Below, piece by piece: positions 47,819 through 57,902 of a stretch of DNA of 64,000 nt. Within the stretch, counting starts at the first letter, position 1. Each line of letters begins with the position of its first letter. The position numbers and the translations under genes were made by a program. Origin of the DNA: Candidatus Bathyarchaeia archaeon (GTDB taxonomy: Archaea > Thermoproteota > Bathyarchaeia > Bathyarchaeales > Bathycorpusculaceae); the NCBI GenBank assembly GCA_038727135.1, contig JAVYWL010000002.1:160001-224000 (forward strand), written 5' to 3'. The notes beneath the pieces were generated by a model, which had not been told where the DNA came from, searched no databases, and worked only from the letters and a program-made list of their open reading frames with translations.

Positions 47819-48742
47819 GTGGGAAACGAAGATTTAAAGGTTAACCTCGCTGGCTTATGCCTCAAGAACCCCACGATGTTGGCTTCTGGAATTTTGGGGT
47901 ATTCAGCGCAAACCCTTGAAGGCATCGTTAAGGGCGGAGCTGCTGCGGTGGTAACAAAATCCGTGGGGTTAAGGGCTAGAAAAGGCTATGCAAATCCAAC
48001 AGTTGTCCAAACTAATTGCGGCTTGATAAACGCTGTGGGGCTTCCTAACCCCGGGATAGAAGAATTCACAAAGGATATTCAAGAAGCAAAGAACCTTCTG
48101 GAAGTGCCTTTAATAGTGAGTGTTTATGGGTTTTCAGCAGAAGAATACTCCGTAGTCGCAGAGAAAGCCGTGGAGGCTGGCGCTGATGCTGTTGAGCTTA
48201 ACGTCTCATGTCCCCACGTCAAGGAGACTGGAGCCGAAATAGGACAGAAGCCAGAAGTTTTAGCCGAAGTTGTTAAGAAGGTCAAAGGCGCCATTGACAA
48301 GCCAGTTTTTGTCAAACTTTCGCCAAACGTTACAGACATTGGGGAAGTCGCCGAGGCAGCCGTTAAGGCTGGCGCAGACGCTATAACAGCCATAAACACG
48401 GTGAAAGCCATGGCAATAGACGTTGAAACCACAAAACCGATTTTAAGCAATAGGAAGGGCGGACTATCCGGACCAGCCATAAGGCCTGTGGCTGTTAGAT
48501 GCGTTTACGAAATCTATGAACGAGGTGTTAAAGCACCCATAATTGGATGTGGCGGCATAACCAGCTGGCGGGACGCTGTGGAGTTTATGCTGGCTGGAGC
48601 CACAGCCATCCAAATTGGAACAGCCATAGCCACTAAAGGACCAAGCGTTTTCAAGGCGGTGGCAAGAGGGATGCGGGCTTACTTGAAAAGGAGGGGCTTT
48701 AGGAGCGTGACTGAAATTGTCGGCTTGGCTCACAAAAGCTAA
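47819..48742 (+). CDS. pyrD: Dihydroorotate dehydrogenase B catalytic subunit
   Basis: NP.MLASG, NAVGL.NPG, ELNVSCP, KLSPN, INT, GGLSG. Confidence 0.95.
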   Translation: MGNEDLKVNLAGLCLKNPTMLASGILGYSAQTLEGIVKGGAAAVVTKSVGLRARKGYANPTVVQTNCGLINAVGLPNPGIEEFTKDIQEAKNLLEVPLIVSVYGFSAEEYSVVAEKAVEAGADAVELNVSCPHVKETGAEIGQKPEVLAEVVKKVKGAIDKPVFVKLSPNVTDIGEVAEAAVKAGADAITAINTVKAMAIDVETTKPILSNRKGGLSGPAIRPVAVRCVYEIYERGVKAPIIGCGGITSWRDAVEFMLAGATAIQIGTAIATKGPSVFKAVARGMRAYLKRRGFRSVTEIVGLAHKS

Positions 48743-49544
48743 CAAGCTAAGAACTACACGCCTTCTAAGCATTAAAGCGGAAAGCCCAACAGTTAAAACC
48801 TTCACTTTTAAGGATGGGTTGTGCACAAAAGCCAAGCCCGGACAGTTCCTAATGCTTTGGATTCCCGGAGTGGACGAAATCCCACTCAGCATTTTCGACA
48901 CAAACGAAAGGGAAGGAGTGGTCTCCGTAGCCGTTAAAAGGGTCGGCGAGGCAACACAAGCGCTCCATGACAAAAAGGTGGGCGATATAATAGGCGTCCG
49001 CGGACCCTTTGGAAACAGCTTCACGCTAAGCACTGGCAGAATCCTCATGGTTGGAGGCGGAATAGGCATAGCACCACTATCGTTTCTAGCCAAGAAACTG
49101 GCATCTTCTAAAAAGGCAAAAATTACAATGGTTATGGGTGCAAAGACAAAGAGCGAACTTCTATTCTTGGAAGAGTTGAAGGAAGTATGCGGTGAGGCAA
49201 ACGTCCTGACAGCAACAGAGGACGGAAGCTACGGCGTGAAGGATGTGGCTTCAAACTTTGCCGAAAAAGTTTTGACCATGGAAAAATTTGACATGGTCTA
49301 CACCTGTGGTCCAGAACAAATGATTCGAAAAGTTTTTGACCAATGCGAAAAGCATAACGCTTTCATGGAGGCAAGCCTAGAACGCCTAATGCGCTGCGCC
49401 ATAGGCATATGTGGAAGCTGCATTATTGGCAGATTCCGAGTCTGCAGAGACGGACCAATATTCAACACGGAACAACTAAGAACAGTTAAAGATGAGTTTG
49501 GAGTTTGGAAGCGCGACTTTAACGGGAGAAGGATACCAGTATAG
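48717..49544 (+). CDS. pyrK: Dihydroorotate dehydrogenase electron-transfer subunit
   Basis: PGQF, RGPFG, GGGIG, CGP, MRCAIGICGSC...VCRDGP. Confidence 0.94.
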   Translation: MSAWLTKANKLRTTRLLSIKAESPTVKTFTFKDGLCTKAKPGQFLMLWIPGVDEIPLSIFDTNEREGVVSVAVKRVGEATQALHDKKVGDIIGVRGPFGNSFTLSTGRILMVGGGIGIAPLSFLAKKLASSKKAKITMVMGAKTKSELLFLEELKEVCGEANVLTATEDGSYGVKDVASNFAEKVLTMEKFDMVYTCGPEQMIRKVFDQCEKHNAFMEASLERLMRCAIGICGSCIIGRFRVCRDGPIFNTEQLRTVKDEFGVWKRDFNGRRIPV

Positions 49545-49562
49545 AGTAGCAGAAGGCTTAAG

Positions 49563-50102
49563 ATGCCAATTACGCCCCTCCACGCAACAGCCCTATTCTT
49601 CCTATACTTTAGGGATAGAAGGCGCATCGACCCTTTGGCATTGGCGGTTTCAACAACCTTCATAGACCTTGAACCCTTCTACTACATTCTCTTAGGCGAG
49701 TCCCTAGACCATCGGGTTTGGCACGGCTTCACATTGGCGCTAACCTTGTATCCTATCCTGGTGACCATTGGAGTTTACGTGGCGGAAAGCCTTTTTGAAA
49801 ACAAGTTATTGACGGCCTACAAGTGGTTGGAGCTTAATCCTGTTAAGGCGAAATATCCGCTACTCAACATTTATCTGTTAAGTCTTTTTGGCGGGTTCAG
49901 CCACATATTCCTAGACATGTTCACCCATCATGAAATGTTTTGGGTTTTATACCCGTTTGCCAATGGCAATCCTCTCTACAATTGGCAAGCCGCAATAATC
50001 GTAGAAGCCACAGTAATCATGTTATCCATTTATTCGCTGTGGTGTTGGCTGAAAAGTATAGGAGGGGCTACGCGTATTGGCTTTTCTCACAACCAAAAAT
50101 AG
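49563..50102 (+). CDS. Membrane-bound metal-dependent hydrolase-like protein (DUF4184/YdjM-like)
   Basis: MP.TPLH, DLE, H...H, SHIFLD...H, P motifs. Confidence 0.7.
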   Translation: MPITPLHATALFFLYFRDRRRIDPLALAVSTTFIDLEPFYYILLGESLDHRVWHGFTLALTLYPILVTIGVYVAESLFENKLLTAYKWLELNPVKAKYPLLNIYLLSLFGGFSHIFLDMFTHHEMFWVLYPFANGNPLYNWQAAIIVEATVIMLSIYSLWCWLKSIGGATRIGFSHNQK

Positions 50103-50228
50103 ATAGAGAGGGTACCCAATTTAGGCTTCTGCCCAGCCCTAAATTTGATTGTCAGAGACGCCTAATTCAAAAAGGTTATATTTGGCTTGGGCTATTTTGT
50201 TGTGTTTGCGGGTGCGCTGTGATGAAAG

Positions 50229-53200
50229 GTGACCGCCAAATTCCAAGCTAGTTTTGAAAAAACGTTGAGCATGGACTACCGCCCGCTTGAAATTGAAAGA
50301 GAAATCCGCGAGTTCTGGGAGAAAAACCGCATAAGACAAAAACTCATGGAGTACCGCGAGAAAAACAACGTGGGCGTTTCCGGATGGGTTGAGGGACCAC
50401 CAACACTGAACGGCATACCCCACGTGGGACACGCCAGAGGACGTGTAATGAAAGACTTACGTTTCAGATGGAAGACTATGCAAGGCTATTTTATGCCTTT
50501 CTGGGCGGGTTGGGACTGCCAAGGCTTGCCAGTGGAGCTTGAAGTTGAAAAATTGTTAGGCGTCAAAAACAAACGCGAACTCCTAGAGCGTGTTGGCGAA
50601 GAACGCTTCATAGAAGAGTGCAAGAAAACCATAATGCGTTATCATAAAGAGTGGGTTGAAGCTGACCGAAAACTCGGCATATTCATAGACCAAGAAAAAG
50701 CCTACTGGACCTATTTAGACAGCTACATAGAACGGGAGTGGCAGTACCTCAAGCGAGCTTGGGAGCAAGGCTTGCTTGAAGAGGGCTACTATGTTGTTGC
50801 CTACTGCCCCGGATGCCAAACAAGCCTAAGCAGCGCCGAGGTTGGCTACGAAGGCTCATATGTTGAGGTTGAGGACCCGTCCCTTTACTTCAAGTTTAGG
50901 GTGGCGGGAAGCCAAAACGAGTACTTCCTAATATGGACGACCATGCCCTTCACAGTGGTCACAGACCTGATGCTGGCAGTCCACCCAGAAGCCGAGTATG
51001 CAAAAGTCCAGGTTGGCGATGAAAAGTGGATAATGGTGAGGCAGCGTGTCGAACCAGTAATGCAGGAGCTTGGCATAAAAGAATATGCAATAACCGAAAC
51101 AGTTTCGGGCAAAAGCCTTGAAGGCGTAAAGTACGATTACCCGTTTAAGGATTTGATTCCCAAGCAGGCGGAGCTGGATAGTCATCCCCTTGTACATAGG
51201 GTTGTATGCGAAGACTTTGTAGACGTAAACACAGCAACTGGTGTTGTGCACCTCTCGCCTGGAAACGGTGAGGAAGACTTTTTTGCAGCACAAAAGCGTA
51301 GGGTTCCAGTTTTCGCCCCCTTTGACGACGAGGTTAAGTTTACTGAGGAGGCTGGAGCCTTCAGCGGAGTTTTTGCGAGAGACGCAGACGCCATGGTTGT
51401 TGAAGAACTCCGCAAAAGAGGCTTGCTGGTTGAGGTTAAGACGATAAGACATGAGTATCCAACTTGTTGGCGCTCCCACCACAAGCTGGTTTGGCTTGCA
51501 AGAAGGGAATACTTCCTAAGAACGGATAGGATAAACGACAAGGTTTTGGAGGCAGCGGAGAAAGTCGAATATTTCTTCGAAGCTCCGAAGAACCGCTTCC
51601 TATCCTTCTTGAAAGAAGGCAAACCATGGTGCATCTCAAGGGAACGCGTCTGGGGCGCCCCACTGCCCATATGGGTCTGCGAAAAATGCGGAACAAAAAC
51701 CCTAGTGGCAAGCAAGAAAGAGCTGATTGAAAAAGCCATAGAAAAACCCCCGCCAAACTTTGAGCTCCACAAGCCATGGATAGACCGCTTAAAGATAAAA
51801 TGCGAAAAATGCGGAGGCACAATGCACAGAGAACCCTACGTTCTAGACACTTGGCACAACAGCGGAGCCTCGCCGTACGCAAGATTCACAGATGAAGAGT
51901 TTAGCAAATACGTGCCAGTAGATTTCCTAACAGAGGGCATAGACCAAACAAGGGGTTGGGCAAACTCGCTTCTACTAGAACACGTAATACTGACGGGGAG
52001 GGCTGAAGCCCCCTACAAGGCTTTCCTATTCCAAGGCTTAACCCAAGACGCTAAAGGAAGAAAAATGAGCAAAAGCCTCGGAAACATAATCGAAGTGAAC
52101 AAACTCTTGGAAAAGGCTTCAGCCGACGTCTGCCGGTTCTACCTCCTACGAAAATGCTCACCAATAGAGTTCATGAACTTCGACATAAACGAGATGAACA
52201 GACGACCATACCAGGTGCTGGCAACACTATACCACCTTAACAGGTTCTTTGTGCAAAACGCCGAATACGACAACTTCAACCCGCAAAGGCATACACTTGA
52301 ATGGGCAAAAACCAACAGCTTACTTAAAAAGCCAGACCTATGGCTACTATCAAAACTTCAAGAAGTAATTGGCAACTACACTGCAAAGCTGGAAAAATGC
52401 GAATTCAACTTAGCACTAGCGGAACTTGAAGAGTTCGTTGTTGAAACAGTAAGCCGCCTATACGTGCCAATGATCAGAAGAGAACTATGGACAGACGACC
52501 CAGAAACCCTAAACCGAAGACTAGCCATATACGCAACCCTATGGCACGTGCTAAAAACAGCCATAGCCCTCTTCAACCCCGTCACACCATTCCTAAGCGA
52601 AGCCCTATACCAGAAAATCTACAGACGCCTAGACCCGACACTACCAGAATCAGTAAACTTTGAAGAATGGCCAAAACCAAAAGAAGAATTACGCAACAAG
52701 GCCCTTGAAGAAGACTTTGAAATCCTAATGAAATGTGTCTCGCTGGTTTATTCCGCGCGGCAATCAGCAAAAATAAAGCGTAGGTGGCCCCTCAGAAAAG
52801 TTGTCATTGTAGCGCCAGAAAAAGCGTGTAAATCCATAAAAAGCCTAAACGAAGTTTTCCTCGAACTTGCAAATGTCAAAGAAGCTGAATATCACGAAGA
52901 AACACCTGAATACGTTAAAACCGAGGCTGAAAAATGGGTTTCAACCACAGAAAAAGACATAAGCGTATACCTTGACACCCACCGCGACGAGAAGCTTTTA
53001 GGCGAGGGACTAATGCGGGACATAGCCAGAAGAGTCCAATCCCTAAGAAAGGAGCTTGGCTACATGCCAACAGACATACTAAACACAGTCCAAATAGCCG
53101 GACTCGACGAGGAAAGCATAAAGCTATTAGAGCCATATTTAGGCGAAATGGCAGAACTAGTCCGAGCCAAAAAAGTTCAGCTGCACACAAGCCGAGAAGC

Positions 53201-53261
53201 CAGGGCAGAATGGTATAAATATCCATTAGACGAAAAAGAAATTTACATCGCAATAACTTAA
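50229..53261 (+). CDS. ileS: Isoleucine--tRNA ligase
   Basis: EGPP, HVGH, GWDCQGLPVE, WTT.P, WCISR.R.WG, DQTRGW, KMSKS. Confidence 0.97.
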   Translation: MTAKFQASFEKTLSMDYRPLEIEREIREFWEKNRIRQKLMEYREKNNVGVSGWVEGPPTLNGIPHVGHARGRVMKDLRFRWKTMQGYFMPFWAGWDCQGLPVELEVEKLLGVKNKRELLERVGEERFIEECKKTIMRYHKEWVEADRKLGIFIDQEKAYWTYLDSYIEREWQYLKRAWEQGLLEEGYYVVAYCPGCQTSLSSAEVGYEGSYVEVEDPSLYFKFRVAGSQNEYFLIWTTMPFTVVTDLMLAVHPEAEYAKVQVGDEKWIMVRQRVEPVMQELGIKEYAITETVSGKSLEGVKYDYPFKDLIPKQAELDSHPLVHRVVCEDFVDVNTATGVVHLSPGNGEEDFFAAQKRRVPVFAPFDDEVKFTEEAGAFSGVFARDADAMVVEELRKRGLLVEVKTIRHEYPTCWRSHHKLVWLARREYFLRTDRINDKVLEAAEKVEYFFEAPKNRFLSFLKEGKPWCISRERVWGAPLPIWVCEKCGTKTLVASKKELIEKAIEKPPPNFELHKPWIDRLKIKCEKCGGTMHREPYVLDTWHNSGASPYARFTDEEFSKYVPVDFLTEGIDQTRGWANSLLLEHVILTGRAEAPYKAFLFQGLTQDAKGRKMSKSLGNIIEVNKLLEKASADVCRFYLLRKCSPIEFMNFDINEMNRRPYQVLATLYHLNRFFVQNAEYDNFNPQRHTLEWAKTNSLLKKPDLWLLSKLQEVIGNYTAKLEKCEFNLALAELEEFVVETVSRLYVPMIRRELWTDDPETLNRRLAIYATLWHVLKTAIALFNPVTPFLSEALYQKIYRRLDPTLPESVNFEEWPKPKEELRNKALEEDFEILMKCVSLVYSARQSAKIKRRWPLRKVVIVAPEKACKSIKSLNEVFLELANVKEAEYHEETPEYVKTEAEKWVSTTEKDISVYLDTHRDEKLLGEGLMRDIARRVQSLRKELGYMPTDILNTVQIAGLDEESIKLLEPYLGEMAELVRAKKVQLHTSREARAEWYKYPLDEKEIYIAIT

Positions 53262-53279
53262 AATTATGCGACTTAGAAG

Positions 53280-53726
53280 ATGGAGAAAGAAGAAATTATT
53301 GAAAGAGCAGTTGCAAGATTTAGGGAAGGCTACCTCTGCTCAGAGGCAATCCTGAAAACCTTTGCAGAAGCCTACGGAATAAAATGTGAGCAAATACCAA
53401 AAATTGCCACGGGATTCGGCGCCGGAATAGGTAGAGCTGGCTCACTATGTGGAGCCCTAACGGGAGCAATAATGGCATTAAGCCTAAAATATGGAAGAAA
53501 AACGTTAAATGAAAAAGAAACCTACGAGAAATGCCTAGCCAAAAGCTTACAATTTTACAGAAAATTTGAAGAAAAATTTGGAACAGTGTTCTGTCGAGAC
53601 CTAACCCAATGCGATCTAACAACGGTTGAGGGAAGACAAAAATTCAGGGAGCAACAACTAAAAGAGAAAAAATGCATAAAATATGTAGAAAGCTCCATGA
53701 GAATACTGCTGGACGTAACAGAATAG
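53280..53726 (+). CDS. C_GCAxxG_C_C family redox protein
   Basis: CSE, GFGAG, CGALTG, C..L, C. Confidence 0.88.
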   Translation: MEKEEIIERAVARFREGYLCSEAILKTFAEAYGIKCEQIPKIATGFGAGIGRAGSLCGALTGAIMALSLKYGRKTLNEKETYEKCLAKSLQFYRKFEEKFGTVFCRDLTQCDLTTVEGRQKFREQQLKEKKCIKYVESSMRILLDVTE

Positions 53727-53739
53727 CTGGTGAAATAGC

Positions 53740-54132
53740 ATGAATAAGAAAGAAAAAATAAAAATCACCTTTGAATTCGGAATATCCGTTATATGCGAAA
53801 TAAGTTTTGACGAAAACCCTAAAACAGCCGAGGCTTTAATGAGGGCTTTACCCTTCGAATCGAGAGCCGAATTTTGGGGAAAAGAAATCTACTTCGAAGT
53901 CCCATTTCAAGTCGTTCCAGAAAAAGCGAAAGCCATAGTCGATTATGGTGATGTAGCCTACTGGCCTGAAGGGCCAGCCTTATGCCTCTTCTTCGGCCCG
54001 ACCTTATCAAGCCCATCACCAAACATAATAAAACCCTATAGCCCAGTAAACGTAATAGGAAAAATCCTCGAAGACCCAAAAATCCTAGAAAAAGTCAGCG
54101 AAGGCGAAAAACTAAAAGTTGAGAAGCTCTAA
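53740..54132 (+). CDS. Cyclophilin-like fold protein
   Basis: P.TA....ALP, WG.EIYF, GDVAYWP.G.ALCLFFG.T. Confidence 0.85.
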   Translation: MNKKEKIKITFEFGISVICEISFDENPKTAEALMRALPFESRAEFWGKEIYFEVPFQVVPEKAKAIVDYGDVAYWPEGPALCLFFGPTLSSPSPNIIKPYSPVNVIGKILEDPKILEKVSEGEKLKVEKL

Positions 54133-54199
54133 GTCTCTGCTCATAAAACAATCGAAAGCCCTAAATCTATAAACTTCTCATCTCACCCAGAAACAAGCA

Positions 54200-54273
54200 G
54201 GGCCGGTAGTTCAGCTGGTATGAACGCCCGACTTGCACTCGGGAGGTCGCGGGTTCAAATCCCGCCCGGTCCA
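54200..54273 (+). tRNA. tRNA-Ala(TGC)
   Basis: GGGCCGGTAG...CCCGA-CT-TGC-AC-TCGGG...GGTTCAAATCCCGCCCGGTCCA. Confidence 0.97.
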
Positions 54274-54283
54274 TCATTCCCTA

Positions 54284-54796
54284 TCAAGCTTTTAGTTGGT
54301 TTAGCACAGTTTCTAGGGTCCTCAAGGCGTCTTCGATTTTGTTTTGAATCTTGTGAAGCCTCTCTTGAAGTTCGATTTTTTCTCGCCTTTCCCTTTCGAT
54401 TTCAGCTTTTAGCTTTTCAATCTCTTCTTTTGATGGTGAGACCTCAGCTTCTTTTACTATGAATGTTAGAGCTTTTTCACCTTTAAGAAGCATTTCGTAG
54501 GTTTCTCTTACAAGCTTTCCAGCCTCGGTCTTTCCGGTTAGGTGCGCCCTTACCGTCTGTTCACCTCTGCCAAGTTCGTCAGCTATTCTTGTGACCGTCA
54601 TCCCGGCTTTTTCTCTTGCAAGGGCACCAGCGGCAACAGCCAAAGAGTCTATCCACGTGATTCTATCCTTCGGGTCTGCGCTTCGCATTTTTTCGATGAC
54701 ATCTTTCCTAGACACCGTTCCTAGGAGGAGAACTGCCTCAAGCTTTTGGATGTCTTCCCTTCCCAGGGGTTTTAAGGGAACTTCTATTTCGTTCAT
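54284..54796 (-). CDS. HTH regulator associated with KaiC-domain proteins (COG1318-like), coiled-coil tail
   Basis: [18 protein letters not shown]....IA.ELGR.E.T.R.HL...T.AG. Confidence 0.85.
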   Translation of the reverse strand: MNEIEVPLKPLGREDIQKLEAVLLLGTVSRKDVIEKMRSADPKDRITWIDSLAVAAGALAREKAGMTVTRIADELGRGEQTVRAHLTGKTEAGKLVRETYEMLLKGEKALTFIVKEAEVSPSKEEIEKLKAEIERERREKIELQERLHKIQNKIEDALRTLETVLNQLKA

Positions 54797-55554
54797 ATGC
54801 TTTCACTTCCTTCAATAAATCCTCTAGGCGTAATCCTTACAGTCTTGTCTGGATAGACAATTATACCTTTGCTTGTTATGTCGAAGGGGTGCCTCCTCAT
54901 AGAGTGCCCTGTTCCACGCATCTTCCAAACAATTATTGAACGTTTAAGCTCACCTTGAAACTCGTCTAAATCTAGCCTTATAATTCCGTCAGCGGCATGC
55001 TCAACACCCGGTCCGCCGAACCCACGGTCTGTCACACTCACTTGGGAAATGAGAAAACCTGTGCATCCTAAACCGGCGAGAACCTTTTTAATGAGCATTA
55101 ATGTTGAACGTGCCAGCATGGGCTTGGTCATATAAAGCGTTGAAACAGAGTCTATAACGACCCTCTGCGCATTTAAATCGGTAATTGCTTGGCGAATAAC
55201 ATCCAAAAAGCTTGGAACATCATCTGGGTCCTTAACGACGTAGCGTTCCCTCTTAGCTGACTCGCCAACCCCAGAGGTGAAAGCATCCACTATTGCAAAC
55301 TTCCCGTCCTGCTCATATTTTCTAGGCTCCCAACCAAAACGATCCATGTTAATCCTAACCTGAACAGGATGCTCCTCCAAAGTTACAAGAACGCCGGGCT
55401 CATCCAATCTAAAGCCAGCATAAAGAAACTGTTGACCAAAAATAGATTTGCCAGTGCCAGGCCCACCAGACAGTAGGACAATGTTCCGTCTCGGTATCCC
55501 GCCGTACAGTATCTCATTCATCCCCGGAATGCCCACATCAACACGGTCACTCAT
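54793..55554 (-). CDS. Single-domain KaiC-like ATPase (PH0284-like)
   Basis: [28 protein letters not shown]; ATG at 55554 with a GGAGG RBS. Confidence 0.9.
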   Translation of the reverse strand: MSDRVDVGIPGMNEILYGGIPRRNIVLLSGGPGTGKSIFGQQFLYAGFRLDEPGVLVTLEEHPVQVRINMDRFGWEPRKYEQDGKFAIVDAFTSGVGESAKRERYVVKDPDDVPSFLDVIRQAITDLNAQRVVIDSVSTLYMTKPMLARSTLMLIKKVLAGLGCTGFLISQVSVTDRGFGGPGVEHAADGIIRLDLDEFQGELKRSIIVWKMRGTGHSMRRHPFDITSKGIIVYPDKTVRITPRGFIEGSESI

Positions 55555-55662
55555 AAAGAAACCTCCGAGAAACACGTTTATCGCTTTATTAACTGTTATA
55601 AATAAATTTTTACCCGTTAAACCGAGAGTAAAAATTTTAAAACTGCACTCTTGAAGTATTTG

Positions 55663-55733
55663 TCGGCGATGAGGATATGCTCCTCCTCTCATCAACTGAT
55701 AGAAGATGAAGAGGGGGCATACTCCTGAGCCGA
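55663..55733 (+). ncRNA. Box C/D-like (K-turn) small RNA candidate
   Basis: TCGGC/GCCGA terminal stem; C-like ATGAGGA, D' CTGA, C' ATGAAGA, D CTGA; TTTTAAA about 25 nt upstream. Confidence 0.65.
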
Positions 55734-55760
55734 GACCAGAGACTTATGGCTAAAAAGGGT

Positions 55761-56702
55761 TTAAAGGATTATCTGAATTATTATTAGAGCAATTATTAGC
55801 GCTGCAAGTACTTCCATAGCCTTTTTGTTGAATTTTGTGGCATCCTCGATTTTCTTGGCATCTACAAGCTTCATAATGTAAACGGATACTGAAAGATTGT
55901 AAAGGAATATGACGTAAACTGACATCATCATTCTATCTGCAAAGGTTAAATAGCCTATTGGCGGCAAACCGCTGAGGAGGGATAAGTGGAAGGCCGTAGC
56001 CGACATAAGGGTTGTTACACCCAAGCCTATTCTCTGACCGAAGTTTTGGGGTGATATGAAGAACGTGAGAAGAGATATCGTTGTTATGACGATTATGGGT
56101 AGTACGCTTTTCACAAAGGATGACAGCATTGGGCGTCTTAATTGAATGTTAAAAATGAATCTTGAAAAAATCTCGCCGCCGTATGAGTGTTCAGTTTCTG
56201 TGGCGTTATACCCGCCTATCTCCCATCCTGCGACATTAATGGCCTCATCAACTGTCGAGTTCTGGTCTGCAATATAGCGTAGGCTTGACACGTCAAGCTC
56301 TTTATGTTCCAGTTCTATAGTGAGCGTGTGAGTTTCAAATGGGTAGTCGGTGAAGTCAAAAGTTTTTATGAAATCTCCTTTGATGCGGTATTCAACATAA
56401 CCGCGTGTTTCGTCCTCCTCTATCGGGGTGAAAGGCCCAAGCGGACCGTTTACAAACTCGAATTTCTTTACATCTGACAAACTAATTTCAGAAGAGTTAA
56501 ACTTGAACCACAAATAGAAGTCTAGGCGGTAGCTGCTCGCGGCTAAATCTACCTTTTCAACATTCACAAGCCAAACTCCAACATAAACCTTTGTTGGCTC
56601 CGTGTTTGACTCAAGGCTTTCAGCCATCGTTCGTGGGGTTGGCATCAACATCAGTGACAAGGCGAAAGCAAATATCAGCATGAGTAAATAACGCCTCTTC
56701 AA
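55761..56702 (-). CDS. Pentameric ligand-gated ion channel (GLIC/ELIC-like)
   Basis: Signal peptide; P.KV.VG, DFYLW, Pro-loop FTDYPFE, GW, pre-M1 L.R, M1 Pro, M2 RIGLGVTTL, LP..GYLT..D; 4 TM. Confidence 0.85.
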   Translation of the reverse strand: MKRRYLLMLIFAFALSLMLMPTPRTMAESLESNTEPTKVYVGVWLVNVEKVDLAASSYRLDFYLWFKFNSSEISLSDVKKFEFVNGPLGPFTPIEEDETRGYVEYRIKGDFIKTFDFTDYPFETHTLTIELEHKELDVSSLRYIADQNSTVDEAINVAGWEIGGYNATETEHSYGGEIFSRFIFNIQLRRPMLSSFVKSVLPIIVITTISLLTFFISPQNFGQRIGLGVTTLMSATAFHLSLLSGLPPIGYLTFADRMMMSVYVIFLYNLSVSVYIMKLVDAKKIEDATKFNKKAMEVLAALIIALIIIQIIL

Positions 56703-56902
56703 AGCGCCTCACCAGCAGAGTTTCAATTCGAATGCCGAGTTTGATATATAAGCGTTAAGGGCGGCAAAACATCAATTTTAGCATGATTTTTATTGCTAAT
56801 AAGTATGTTTGGCTATTCCTACGGATACATTTTAAGGATTCGCTACCTTTATTTATATAAGAGGGCATTGAATAGGTTGAAGAAATACAGGAGAGCAATC
56901 CC

Positions 56903-57454
56903 ATGTCGAAAAAGGCTCCATCAAAGGACGACGCGCTTGAAGCATTAGACTTCATAATTAACGTTTTAAGGGAGCATGAGAAGGATTTAGACCGCCTCAT
57001 AAACGAGTTAGGCAAAATAACCGAGAGGCTCGGAGAGGCTGGCGAACTAAGCGGTAAAATAGAAAACGTTGAGGAACGACTCACAAATCTTCAGAATGAA
57101 ATATCCAATCTTATCTCTTACCTCTCAACATCTCACGAAACTCCGAGAACAGCCATTACTACAGCCCCAGTTCAAAAACCTCAAGTTTTCGCCGCTGAAG
57201 TTCGGGGTCCGCCAGTCATTTTACGCTGCAAACAATGGGAGGACTTTCAAACCCTAGCCCGTCAAGCCCAAGCACTTTCATTCCTATATAAGGAGGCGGA
57301 GAAAACGTTCCAAGCAGATGCCCTGAAAAATAACCAAATCATAACTTATAGCGGGGAACTCCCAAAACCCACAACTCTCCTGAAGAGTTGGCTTTCTAAG
57401 CAGCTGGATGTTCCTGAAGATAAGATTCTTGAGGGGATATTAGCCGTCGGCTAA
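56903..57454 (+). CDS. Hypothetical coiled-coil protein
   Basis: N-terminal heptad coiled coil plus a globular C-terminus. Confidence 0.75.
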   Translation: MSKKAPSKDDALEALDFIINVLREHEKDLDRLINELGKITERLGEAGELSGKIENVEERLTNLQNEISNLISYLSTSHETPRTAITTAPVQKPQVFAAEVRGPPVILRCKQWEDFQTLARQAQALSFLYKEAEKTFQADALKNNQIITYSGELPKPTTLLKSWLSKQLDVPEDKILEGILAVG

Positions 57455-57697
57455 GCTTCTGTTTTGGAAGTTTGTATGTTTGTGTTATGTAGTAATGTTT
57501 TTATATTTGCATGAGTATTAAGTCTTACGATGCAGTATGGGGCGGAGGTTGAAGGCTGAACAGGGGCAGCCAAAATCGGTTTTTCCGTTTTCGAAGCCTT
57601 CTCCTTTCTCCTCGATGACGGAAATGGCTGCTCGTTCAGCCAAAAAACAATGAGAGCCCCCAAAGCCAAACCATAAAATTATGGAGGCATAATAAGC

Positions 57698-57844
57698 GTG
57701 GATGAAGGCAGAAAAGCCATAGAGAGGCTTCATGAAGAGTTTGTGAGGTTTGAGAAGGCCATGGAGGAACTACGCTTCTTAAAGATGGTGGCTCAGGACC
57801 TTAAAAGCTTTAGGAAGATGCTAAGTTTTAGGAGATACGATTAA
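57698..57844 (+). CDS. Possible 48-aa helical protein (not in the ORF track)
   Basis: GGAGG 10 nt before GTG; MDEGRKAIERLHEEFVRFEKAMEELRFLKMVAQDLKSFRKMLSFRRYD. Confidence 0.4.
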   Translation: MDEGRKAIERLHEEFVRFEKAMEELRFLKMVAQDLKSFRKMLSFRRYD

Positions 57845-57902
57845 GCATTATCCAAGAAGTAAAGCCTTTAAGTATTGTTGTTACTATCATTTTGGACGGG
57901 AC

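Noticed and set aside
55663-55733. Fluoride (crcB) riboswitch or SECIS element
   Set aside because: It starts GGCGATG but lacks the pairing TCGCC and pseudoknot. No plus-strand gene follows and no in-frame UGA selenoprotein was found nearby.
57530-57700. Pseudogene upstream of the 48-aa ORF
   Set aside because: Short open frames exist, but there is no recognisable homology to support the call.
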